Made by a program: the position numbers and the translations under genes. The notes under the pieces are model-generated. The model was not told the origin of the DNA. It ran no database searches and saw only the letters and a program-made list of their open reading frames with translations. A stretch of 64,000 bases of DNA from Callorhinchus milii (taxonomy: Eukaryota): contig NW_024704743.1 in the NCBI RefSeq assembly GCF_018977255.1, positions 66,714,001 through 66,778,000 of the forward strand. Direction: 5' to 3'. Within the stretch, counting starts at the first letter, position 1, and every line of letters starts with the position of its first letter. Shown in pieces: positions 12,347 to 24,129 of this stretch.

Positions 12347-12637
12347 GTAAGTGATGTTTTTTCTCTCTGGAGTTACACCAGTAGAATCAGAAATGAACTC
12401 TCCTCAGCTGGTAGCAAAGCAAAGAAACATGAACACTGGACTTAGCAAGCAGAGTGGAAGGTAACTGGTCTCATTAAACCTTCCTTACAGATCTCCCAGA
12501 ACTTCTAAGCAGATACATTGGCTTGTGGTCTTCCATCCCTATCTGAGGAAAGTACTTTGCTGTGGTACATAACAATTATAGTCTGTCGAGAGCAGGAATT
12601 GTGGCCAAGCACACACTCTTCTGGCTTAACTTCATAA

Positions 12638-13003
12638 AGTCCCGTAGAGTAGTGGTTAGTGCACTCGCCTTGCAAGCGAGAGGACCCGAGTTCGATTCCT
12701 GGGCAGGGGGATACTTTGGGAAGTTTCCTTATTCCACCCATCTCTGTTTACCTAGCAACAAGTAGGAATCCGGTTGTCAGTCGATTGGTGGATCGTTTTC
12801 CAGGGGTAATAAACCCTCCAAAAAAAGAAATTTGGTCACTCACTCTACTACTGTTTGTGGGACATTGCTGTGTGAAAATTGGCTGCCGCTTTCACCCACA
12901 AAATACACAGTTAATCCACTTTACAATATATTCTGCAAAGCGCTTTGAGGCTATGTCAACTGCAAGTATTATTATGATTACTATTATTATGATTATTATT
13001 ATT
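12638..13003 (+). mobile_element. tRNA-Ala(TGC)-derived SINE, longer (older) variant
   Basis: A box TAGAGTAGTGG, anticodon arm CTCGC-CTTGCAA-GCGAG, B box GTTCGATTCC; body ctgtttgtgggacattgctgtg; L2-like tail with (att)n. Confidence 0.85.
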
Positions 13004-16000
13004 GTAAAGGCTGAGTTAAATTGGTGGAAGCAGGCAGTACTGACAAAACCCAAGGATTTTCCAAATCTTAATGCTAATGACTCATTAAGACCCAATTACA
13101 TGAGGGCTGAGTGCAATCCAAATAATACAGGAAGGTTATTCTTTCCTGCTGTCTCTGATCTGCTCTGGGCTCACCACTTGTCATCACCTCCATGACCTTA
13201 TTCAACAACAACAACTTGCATTTTTGTAGCACCCTTCACACGGTAGTCTCTCAGAGAGCTTAACAGTGGCTTGGTTTGACACTGAACTGGGAAGGGCAGG
13301 GGGGGGTTGACAAAGGCACGATCAAAGAGGAAAGTTTTCAGTTGTGAGTTGAAGAGGGCAAAGGGTAGACAAACCAGAGGGATTGGGGTACGGATTTCCA
13401 GAAATTTGGGGATGTGCCACCATCTCCTATTACAACACCACCAACTACAACTTGCATTTAAATAGTGCACTTCACGAAATAGCATTTCGGAGCACTTAAA
13501 GTGCTTATTAGAGTCAAGCAACTGTTCTACGGGCAGATGATTTGTCTTTCTCCCCTCCCCCCACTACCACCACCTGATAGGAATATGCCCTATTTTTGCA
13601 ATGTCTTTGCAGGTTTCCGCACCAACATTAGGCCAATCCCCCTCCCCAATATATCACACACTAGATTATTTAATGTAATTACAGCAGCTCACATTGAAAA
13701 GGAAAATGAGTGCAAATTTCCCATTTTTATTGCAAAACCAAAGTTCTTTTAGATTACAGGAAAGAATTCTGTTCAATGTTGTGTTCAACAAGATCAATGA
13801 TACTGAAGATAAACTTGACCTAACCTAATTCTTCTGTGGAACAATAAGGTGCTTAGGCTGATCACTCAAAAGCCCCACGCCCCAACAGGAAGTCCCCAAC
13901 CTAAATGCGAGGCAAAGCCAGAATGATAGGCAGCTAAAAGAGGAGCACTGATGAAATCACTAATCACAACTTCATTATCATGCAGTCATCCCCATCTGCT
14001 GCTGAATAGCTTTGAAATCTCTAACATCTTAGTGAAGCCAGTTGCTTATGGGTCTCTAAATGTGAATTGACCCTTCTCTTATATAATTCTCTGAGAGTGG
14101 TTCATTAATTTGCTTTGGTCAACCAGGTATACGATACAAGGATAAATCCATCCGCATGCTTAAGAGTATCCAAATCGGGATGAGAGTTCCATGCATGACA
14201 CCACACATGAAAATTCCTGTGTCTGTAATAGAATACCTACTCTCTCCTTGGAGGGACATATCCTGCTTATGTAATTCATGAAAGTATTAAACATAGGTTA
14301 ACAAGAGCCAAGGCTTGTGCTTTTTGCCCACAAAGTATACAGTCAATTTACTTTACAGTATATTCTGTGAAGCATGTTGAGATGTCTCAATGACATGACA
14401 AGGATAAGGCAAGGAGTAATAAATGCAAGGAGTATTCTTATTATATTATATATTATATTATTATTATTGGGACCCCAGAATGTGCGTTGGAGAACTGCTA
14501 GAGTCTAATTAGCAAATAACTCAATATAATACATTTTAAAAATGTTTCTGTTCCGGTTTGCTTAAAATGTTTTCAGTAAAATGTTCATGTAAGTAATTTG
14601 CAGTGTGATACAGTCCATTTTTTGTACCTATCAATTTTGCTTGTTTAGCCATTTAATGGAAGAAGGAGCAATTCAGGATGAAGATGAAAATTGCCTGAAA
14701 TGAGGTCTATTTGGTATATTTACCAATTTTGACAATGTGCATTGGACTTTTCTCCTACGGATCACTAAATTTAATATGTTTGTTGCCGAGCGCGAAGAAG
14801 TAAATGAACTTTTAAATTGAGAATGAAGTTCAGCATTGAACAGAAAGGGGAGAAATTAGATCTTTTTTGACAGATCAGAGGCCCCAAATTTCATCTAGTC
14901 TCCGCCTGTGAAACCATTGGGTCTTCAAATTTAAGATTGTGCAGAGTTTGAGGAAAATTCTTATATTCAGTCTTAATTTAGAAGTCAGGTTTCTGCAGGT
15001 CTTAGGAAGAACAGTCTTCTGGTTTCTTACATTTTTAAGATAAAATGGTCTGACAGGTTTAGACTGGCTGCTGCAATGTCAGGTTTTTGATGTGATAATT
15101 ATCACATCTAATCTGTTAAAACACAGAATTTCAGTCAATGATTATCTGCCACTTCTTAACAGTTTCAATGTGAAATTACATGAGAATCTGCTAGGAAACA
15201 TAGCATTTTCATTTCAAAATATCATTTTAGGAATATATCAGTGAACAGTAACAAATTCATTGAATGTATCAAGTGTAGCCGAATAGCACAAAGCATGTGA
15301 AGAAATTTGCAAAATAACCTGTAGAGTTCAATTTTATATAAATGTTACATATGGAGGAAAGGTACAGTATGCTGCATCTGGACATTTTAGCAATGGACCA
15401 ACCATGAAGCAACTTTATTTAGAAAATACTGTAGTAAGTCAGCAGAATTGTGGCCTAGTCACAATCAGTTATTTTGAATAACAGGTAGAAAATCATTGCA
15501 TTATCCTACCTTTTGCAAAAATGCACATGGGTTTACTGGTAGCTCGAAACATATCGCTGGAAGGGACAGCAAATGTGATGCACAAATAATGAAGCTGTAT
15601 ATCCAACACCTAACGCACATGTTCTGGCCAAAAACATTTATGTTGCATCCATCCTGGGTGATACTCTTGCAGCTGGAGAAATTCTAATTTTGAATGTGAA
15701 TTCAAATGATATTTGCTTCAATAGATAAACTAATGTGGTGTTATTGTTCATTCTACTGTAGGTCACGCATCAGAGAATTTGTTAAACAACTTTTATTCCA
15801 ATGTGATAGGGTACTTCCAGCAACTGGGAATATGGTTGTAACAGTCTGGACAAAATGTTTGCCTCTGATCATGATCAGACAGTAAATCTCAGGCGAAGTT
15901 TCATTATTGCTAACAGCAGGCTTCTGTACCTATAATTTATTCAGCAGTGCAATATGGTATTATGCATTGCCAAACAAATATGTAAATTAGAATTTGCATA

Positions 16001-16213
16001 TCCATTCACTGTGCATTTCGCACCTAACCCACTGAAGAGCTGTGGCAGCAAAGGAAGAAGTGTAATGCACCTGACTACTTCTTAAAGGGACCCACCACAT
16101 CAAATGTGTGACTGCTGCAAATGATTTTTAAAAATGTTTTCTCTCTTGACATAGCATTTGCACTTCAAAACATCATTATAACTGAGTGCCTTATATTAGT
16201 CACTGATTCTTGA

Positions 16214-16580
16214 AATAATAATAATAATCCTTGCATTTGATATAGCGCTTTTCACATCTTCTAGAAGTCTCAAAGCGCTTCACAGAATATATTGTAAAGT
16301 GAATTGAATGTATATTTGTGGGCGAAACGTGTCAGCCAATTGCGCACAGCAGTGTCCCACAAACAGTCATGGATTGAGTGACCAAATTATTATTGTTTCT
16401 TTTTGAAGGATTATTATCCCCGGAAAAACGATCCGCCAATCGACTAATAACCAGATTCCTACTTACTGTTAGGTAAACAGACATGTGGAGTAAAGAAACA
16501 TGCCCAATATTTTGCCCTGCCGGGAATCGAACTGAGGTCTCTCGCTTGTGAGGTGAGTGCTCTAACCACTGAGTTACGCA
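16214..16580 (-). mobile_element. tRNA-derived SINE, same family as 12638-13003
   Basis: Reverse complement reads gcgtaactcagtggttagagcactc...gttcgattccc...ctgtttacctaacagtaagtaggaatc...aagcgctatatcaaatgcaaggattattatt. Confidence 0.85.
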
Positions 16581-16624
16581 TAATGTGCCAGGCTTTAACA
16601 TTGTGTACTAATTGCATTTGATAT

Positions 16625-16970
16625 TGTGTTGTTGAGACGTCTCAAAGCACTTCACAGGATATACTGTAAAACCGATTGACTGTATTTTGTGTGCAGCATG
16701 TGGCAACCAGCTGCACAAAGCAATGTCCCAAAAACAGTCATGTAGTGAGCAACCAAGTTTATTCGGGGGATTGTTGGTCAGAACTCAGGGAATAACTTCC
16801 TTCTCTTTTCAAATAGTGCCATAGTATCTTTAACATATCATCCGAAGGATGGCACCTCCAACACTGCATTGGAGTGTCATCTTGATCTATATGATTCCAA
16901 GTACCTTTGGGGTGTTTGAACCCACAAACCTGATTTAGTGGTGAGAGTGTTACCACTGAGCCAGGCTGAC
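16625..16970 (-). mobile_element. DeuSINE, degenerate, with internal deletions
   Basis: Head tgtcagcctggctcagtggtaacactctc, ttcggatga, atggcactatttgaaaagagaagg. Confidence 0.7.
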
Positions 16971-18214
16971 AACAACAACAAAATTACATTTGTAAAGCGC
17001 CTTTCACATCGGGAGGATGTGCCAAGGTGCTGAACAGTCAGGGATCAAAACCCAAGCATGGGGGGGGCAGGATTGGGATGAGGGAGGGCAGAGGAGGTAA
17101 GAGGGCGGCTGAAGGCACAGTTAAAAAGGAGGGTCTTCAGTCATGCCTTGAACACACACTCTGTAATAGTCAAGACAGCAACATAATCCTAAACCAATTT
17201 TTAAGATGACACAATGGTGAAAGAATGAAGCAATGGCTTGCACTTAAATAGATTTCCTGCAGATTTATTGTGCAGGGTGTTCAACACAAAGACCTGTTAC
17301 CGCCATGTGTTTTTTCTACAGTGTACTGACTGACAACTGAAACATGTGGAAAATGTTAATAATTGTATTTAGAAGTACTTAATCATATTCAGTACAGCAA
17401 GTGTATTTAGACTTGCAGAGGATTGGTGTTTGCACCATTGTTTTAATGGCAGATAATGATCCGTCACAATGTTCGGTGAGACATCTTCCGGAACATGTTG
17501 GAATGACATGGAAAACATGCGTCTCTGAAAGGTTGATTCAGCTCCTCCGTAGTCTCATATTGCTGTTTTTTTAACAGGGGTTTAAGAGGACGTTGGGGAC
17601 ACTTGTAGGTTTTACAAATGGGAGTCAATTCCTACTGCTGAACAGATAACTTAATCTCAACTCATTATTTTTGCTGCCTCTAAACATGGACTCCTCTATC
17701 TCAGTCAGGCTGGTGGTTCTACAGAGATTCCAAAAGTGCCAAGAATACATTGTTGTTCTCTAACTTTTATATAAATATAAACTACTGTCTGAATTGGCTC
17801 CTTTGCTTTTCAAAGTCTTACACCAGAAGACTCTGACAATCTACTCCTAACATATGGTGAGAAGCAATGATGTTTCTGATTCCTACGAATGGCAAAATCC
17901 CACTCAATGTGCCTCTTATAGACCAATTTCTCCACTTGTGTAATTCTAATATTTTGGCAAAGTTTCTGGTTATGCATTTGAACAGATTGCTTTACAATCT
18001 TATTCACATGGATCAAAGCAGTCTTATTTGAAGGAGGCACTGACTCAGTGAGATCTGATGCCTTGTAAACATTCTGTTCCATGGTTCTCTCTTTCTGGAT
18101 GTTATAATAGTTAAAGCTTTCTCAGATGGTTTCTGGAGATAATGGGGTTTGATAAAATGTTCATCAGAGTAATGTTTCTCTTTTACTTTGGCAGCCGAAG
18201 CCAAAGGCATCCAA

Positions 18215-18475
18215 AGATGCGAGCTTGACTCAGTTGGTAGCACTCTCATCTCTGAGGCAGAAGATTGTGGGATCAAGCCCCACTTTGAGAATTTGAACTC
18301 ATTGTTTCAGCTAGGCTGACACTCCAATGCTATGCTGGGAGAAAACTGTAATATTAGAGATGTCATCCTTCTGAGGAGACATTAAAACAAGGTCTGTCCA
18401 TCTATTCAGGTGAATGTTAAAGATCCCATCCCACTAATTGATAAGCGAAGGGAGTTTTTTCTGGCCAACAGTGTA
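18215..18475 (+). mobile_element. DeuSINE 5' part and Deu core
   Basis: ctcagttggtagcactctcatctctgaggcagaagattgtggg...gagacattaaa...caggtgaatgttaaagatccca. Confidence 0.75.
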
Positions 18476-19174
18476 CCAGATAAAATTTGTCATTCCAGCA
18501 TAGCTGTTTTATGGATATTGAAAGTTCAGCTCCAAGGAGAGCACTCCCCAGAAACCCCACCCCAAGGAGGATAATCACTTGTTTGTTGTTCAACATCTGA
18601 CAAGCACAGGTTTGAGCCCTCACTCGGCGGATGGTATGTACAAGGAACTCCCACGAGCTTCCTGGTGGACAACACAGCTCAGCATGAAATATGTGAGAGC
18701 ATAACTGCTGCACCTTTAAGTGAAATTTTGCTGATGATTGCACTCATGTAATTTTTGTAACCTTGCTCAAAATCAGTAATGTCTGTCTTTTCCTTATCTA
18801 ATGTTCTTGCTTTGTCTGGAGAAAAAGATTGGTAACCAGACGGTCTTTGTCTTTATCTAATGTCCTTACTCAGTCTGATACAGTAATAAGGGAAAAGGGA
18901 TATATAACCAGATGGTCTTTGTCTTATGTGAGAAGTAAAACAAAGAAATGGTGTTTGTGTGTTAATTAGGCACTTCTTAGCTAATGTTAGTTATGTAGAG
19001 AAGAAATATACCAATGAGATGGTCTTTGTTACTTTCCTTACTGATTAGGTAGCAGGGTGGTGGAAAGAGTAGGCGAGAAATCATTTGATAAGATACTCTG
19101 AATTCATTCCATAGGTGCTTTATATACAGTGATTAGAGGAACCAGTCTCAAATGAGTTGGATGTAACCAGGACT

Positions 19175-19740
19175 GTGGAGTCCTGTAGCTCAGTGGTTAG
19201 AGCACTAGCTTTGCAAGCGAGACCTGGGTTCAATTCCTGGCAGGGTGAAACCTTGTGGAAGTTTCCTTATTCTACAAGCCTGATAATAATAATAATAATA
19301 ATAATAATAATCCTTGCATTTGATATAGCGCTTTTCACGTCAGGAGGACGTCCCAAAGCGCTTCACAGAACACACTGTAAAGTGAATTGACTGTATATTT
19401 GTGGGCAAACGCGGCAGCCAATTGCGCACAGCAATGTCCCACAAACAGTCGTAGATTGAAAATGACCAATTTATTATTGTTTTTGGTTTTGGAGGGATTA
19501 TTATTAGGTATAATAATTTATATTCTAATATAATCCCTCAAGAAAAAAACCCAATAACAATTTGGTCACTCAATCCACAACGGTTTGTGGGACACTGCTG
19601 TGCACAATTGGCTACCGTGTTTCGCCCACAAATATACTGTCAATTCACTTTACAGTATATTCTGTAAAGCACTTTGAGACGTCTACAAGACGTGAAAAGC
19701 GCTATATCAAATGCAAGGATTATTATTATTATTATTATTT
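19175..19740. mobile_element. Nested SINE: tRNA-Ala SINE (+) interrupted by an antisense 3' half of a younger copy (19283-19508)
   Basis: Head 19175-19283, then reverse-oriented tail and body nearly identical to 26203-26411, then the remainder of the host 19525-19740. Confidence 0.85.
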
Positions 19741-20800
19741 GTTAGGTGAGGAGTAAAAGCAACATAAACAGTATATGTTAGTCAAACCAGATGGTCTTGT
19801 CGTTAGAGTTGAAACTGAAATAGCTACAGATGATAATGCTTCTGATTCCACTTGGCCTTGTGATCCAACCACAACATATATGTTTATTACCAAATATAAA
19901 TGGTTTCATGGTAAATGGGATGTAGCAAATCATAATATGGCAGTGATGCACTTATCTGCATTACTGGCATTACTATCCGTTTGTAGCTTTCTCATGTATA
20001 ATAATATATATACAAAAAATGGACTTTATAACTTTCAGTGTAGGCTTGACACTATTCCAGGAAATAGGTGCCTCTTTGCTTTCACATAGACAAATACCAG
20101 TTTCCAGTATCTAGAAGTGATTATTACTTGGGATCTGCAAATTCCCTACCATGGGTGTCCTATTAAAACTGACCCGTAGTGGTCAAGTGCCTTATCATTC
20201 TCAGGTGATGTCAGCCCTGCTGTCAATGTTATGTAGGTAGCTTTTGTGTTCCACAAAAAGAGTATATTGATAACCTTTTTTATTCCTACTGCTTTCTCAC
20301 TTTCAATAAATATCCTCTTGTAAGGAAAATAGATTTTGAAACCTATTAGACTAAATACCCAAGTGGTTGAAACCTCTCTGGCTACTCTCCATCTCCTCAC
20401 AGACAATTCTTATCATTGCTTCAGGCTCCATCTCAGCACTCTTATCCACCTCATTGACTGAAGTGGCCCCTTTATTTCGTCAAGTAGGTGGATTGCTGCC
20501 TTTATGGCATAAGAGAGAAGTTGTAAAATTATCAGTGTACAAAGATACCTTATCGATTCTAATGCTACATTCAACATTAAGGTAAACGTGAATCATGTTT
20601 TAATGTTTCAAAATATTAAACAAAGGTGTGTAAAAGCACGTTCAAAGAGATGGGTCTTAAAGTGTGTTTTGAAGCAAGGAGGGAGGAGAGAAAGGTAGAG
20701 ATATTCCAGATTGTAGTTCCAGCCAGAGAGTGCAGACATTATGGATGAAGGCTCACATGCCAATGATGGGGCGGAGAAGGCAGCTCACACTACTGTGGTG

Positions 20801-20927
20801 AAATAAAAACAGAAATCGCTGGGAACATGCAGCAGGTCAGGCAACATCTATGGAGTTAATGTTTCACGTCAACGACCTTTTGTCAGACCTCTTAGATTTT
20901 CAGCATCTGCAGTAATTTGCCTTTTGA
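20801..20927. mobile_element. Penelope-type terminal-repeat fragment with degenerate hammerhead motif
   Basis: aaaacagaaatcgctgggaac..cagcaggtcaggcaacatctatggag is shared with 34823, 42495 and 50234. Minus strand reads CTGACAAAAGGTCGTTGACGTGAAACATTAACT. Confidence 0.7.
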
Positions 20928-20976
20928 TTACAGTAGTGAAGTGCTTTGAGATATCCTTCCAGTGAAAGGCATTAGG

Positions 20977-21200
20977 TGTCAACCTGGCTCAGTGGGGAGC
21001 ATTATCACCTCTGAGTCAGTAGGCTGTGGATTCAACCCCCACATCAGGACTGAACTCACAGTCTAGACTGACACTCCAACGTTGAGCTGGGGGGTTCCTG
21101 CATTTTTGGAAGTAGTATCCTTCGGATGAGATATTAAATCAAGATCTGCCTGTTCAGGTGGATATTAAGGATCCCATTTGAAAAGAGAAGGGAGTTTCCC
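20977..21200 (+). mobile_element. DeuSINE 5' part and Deu core
   Basis: tgtcaacctggctcagtgg...tctgagtcag...ccttcggatgagatattaaa...caggtggatattaaggatccca. Confidence 0.75.
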
Positions 21201-22021
21201 CAAATAAAACTGGCTTTTCTGTAATCATTAATACTGCTGTAAACATTTTTGAATAAATAAATCTTGTCTCTGTGAGCTTGACTATTTTGGGTCCAAACTA
21301 CAGACTGTCAAGTCAACACTCTACTTTAGAATATTATTTGGGTAGAGTAATATCCAAACTGTGAGTTCAGTCCCGATGTGGGGCTTTAACCCAGAGCCTT
21401 CAGCCTTCTGAGGGTGAGAATGCTGGCAACTGAGCTAGGCTGACATCTAACGCCTTTCACATTGTGAGGATATCTCAAAGCACTTCACTTCTGTAAGCGA
21501 CCAATTTGGACCTTGCTCTGTGTAAATTGGCTGCCTACAAAATGCTTTGTCTTTACACTTTACAGTATATCCTGTGAAGTGCTTTGAGATGTCCTCCATA
21601 ATTTATAAGATATAATTTATATATATAACATATATAATAATTATGTATAATTATGGCATTATACAGATTATTATTTGAATAATTTTGGTCAGAGTTGGTT
21701 ATTTTTTCAATTTGGATACCTGTAATCTTTGAAGTGGAAGAGTAGAAAAATGATTAATCAAACTAATCTGTATTAGCTAAAGAATAAACTTATTGCAATT
21801 ATATGTGTTTTTCCTTGCTTCAAAGAAAATTTGGATGGCCTGTTAACTTTATTTTTCAATGCTATTCCTCTTTTTAAAACTAGATCTGGAGCAATATTGC
21901 AGCACATTACACTGTTCTAGTGTGACTTATTTTATTGATTATAAGGATGATTTTAATTTTGTGTCAAAATGTTATGAAGCACTCAGTAATAATATTACTA
22001 CCGTGCAAAGCTTATAAGCTC

Positions 22022-23258
22022 TCTATCTGTGACCAGGGCTCCCTCTGCCTCCTCGTCCTCCTGGATCTCTCCGCCGAGATCGATACAGTCAATCATGCCA
22101 TCTTCCTCCACCGCCTCTCCTCCATCATCCACCTCAGTGGGACCGCTTGATTCGAGTCCTGCCTTACAAACCACCAGCACTACATTTCTGCAAATGTTTT
22201 TCTTCGCGCTTCCACCCGGTCACCTTGGCCCCTTTCTCTTCCTCATCTATATGCTCCTTCTCAATGATGTCATCCGCAGACACAGGGTTAACTTCCACAT
22301 GTATGCGGATGACACTCAACTCTACTTTTCTACCTCCAGCTGAGACCCCCAGTCCCCCGATGTTCTGTCAGCTTGTCTGTTGGACATCAAGAGCTGGATG
22401 AAGGCAAATTTCCTGAAGTTAAACGTAAACAAGACGGAAGCCATACTCTTAGCTCCCGCTGACGTCTTCTGTCCCACAGTTCCAACCTCCTGAACCTACC
22501 CGACCTGTCCTTAAAACTCTCTGAACCCGTGCGCAACTTAGGCGTTAGGTTCGATCCCCAGTTATCCTTCCTCCCCCACATCTAGTCCCTGACCAGCATC
22601 GCTTTCTTCCACCTCCACCACATTGCTGTCTCCGACAATACCTCACCCCAAAAGCTGCTGAAACCCTTGTCCATGACTTTGTCACCTCTCGGCTGGACTG
22701 TAACGCCCCCCTCATCGGTCTCCCCTCCTCCACTATTCACAAAATCCAGCTCATTCAAAACTCCACTGCCCGCATTCTCACCTGCACCAAACTTCGTACC
22801 CCGATTATTCAAAACTCCACCGCCCAGATACTCAACCATGCAAAACTCCGTACCCCATCACACCAATACTTGTCAGGTTCCACTGGCTCCCAATTACCGA
22901 ACGGATCGATTTCAAGATCCTCTCACTCGTTTTCAAATCCCTTCATGCCATCGCACCTCCCTACCTATCTGACCTGCTTACCCCTGCTCACTCCGCCACC
23001 CGCTGCCTCCACTCGGCTAGCTCCAGTCTCCTGTTTGTCCCTCACCCATTTCGTTCCACCATCAGTGGCCGTACTTTCAGTTAGTATGCCCCGAAACTCT
23101 GGAACTCTTTCTCTCAATCCCTCCGCCTTACTCCCTTCCTCCCCACTTTCAGATCCTGCCTACAGACCTTCCTTTTTGATTGTGATTATGGTCACCTCCC
23201 CCCCACTCTCCCCCTGGCTCGGGGTCAGACTCACTGTCAAGCGCTAGTTGTTGTTGCT
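22022..23258 (+). mobile_element. L2 LINE 3' portion (RT domain), frameshifted
   Basis: [40 protein letters not shown], then the C-terminal region and ttgttgttg tail. Confidence 0.9.
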
Positions 23259-24129
23259 TAATTTTGAGTCAGACTGTGTGGTACTTAGGTGGCTGAACGG
23301 ATTGGGGGGTGAGAGTATTTTCAGTTCAGTAAACATCTCACATCAAGTTTTGAGCAATGTGCACTGTCCATCAAACTCACTCATATTGAATAAAAATGGC
23401 ACTTCCTGTAGCTGTAATGTATTCTATTATGAATCCGATGAATAAAGTACTGGAGTGGCCACCAACCGTATTCATTGAATCCTTTGTTCCGCAGATGATT
23501 TGATAGTCTGCTTGGACTTATAATGGTTATCAGTAAAACATTTCATGCAGGAGGAATAAATATATTGAAATGGCAATAATAGGCAGCTAGTTATACTATG
23601 CTTTCATAACCTTCTTCCATTTTCCCTGCTTGCATTGCCCGCGTTTCCTGCATGTTTTTAAAAATCATAATAAAGCTTGTCTGCCCTCCTCCTTTTGATT
23701 TCCATAGATTGTCGGAGTGTTATCATTGATTGAGAGAACACTGTCAATCAGGATTGTCCCAGTTATCAGAGTGAAAACAGTACCAAGTTAAAGAGCTTAA
23801 GAGGCAGAAAATAGAAGCAGCTTTGTTGCTGTTTTTAAATGTATTCCCGACAAGCTGAGGCTTAGTGTCTCCCTGAAGGATTCAGCACAGAACCCTAATC
23901 TGGGTGCTTGTACAGGTGACCAACTGGAGCTATCTTAATCTGAACTGAAGCACATCGAAGCATAGCTGGAAACAGAAGATTAAAACAGTTTTATTTCGTT
24001 TTGAACATTATTTTAGAAATACTTTGATTTTCTTTTGTCCTCTTCAATATGACTTGAGTAATATTGTAATAATAGGTTAACATTCAGCAATATGAACCAT
24101 GAATTCACTTGAACCTGTACAGGATAGTA

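Noticed and set aside
12638..12710. Apparent tRNA-Ala(TGC) gene (also at 16510-16580, 19175-19247, 26445-26517)
   Set aside because: Each runs directly into a SINE body and L2-type tail, and the stems are imperfect. These are SINE heads, not tRNA genes.
12659..13195. 178-aa ORF with a hydrophobic Ile run resembling a transmembrane helix
   Set aside because: Read-through of a SINE and its (ATT)n tail.
15762..15885. Exon-like stretch reading QLLFQCDRV, similar to QFLFQCCYDRV in the 68-259 exon
   Set aside because: The similarity covers only a few residues and does not extend; treated as coincidence.
21598..21675. AT-rich quasi-palindromic stretch
   Set aside because: Low-complexity (TA)-rich sequence in a SINE tail region; no specific structure can be supported.
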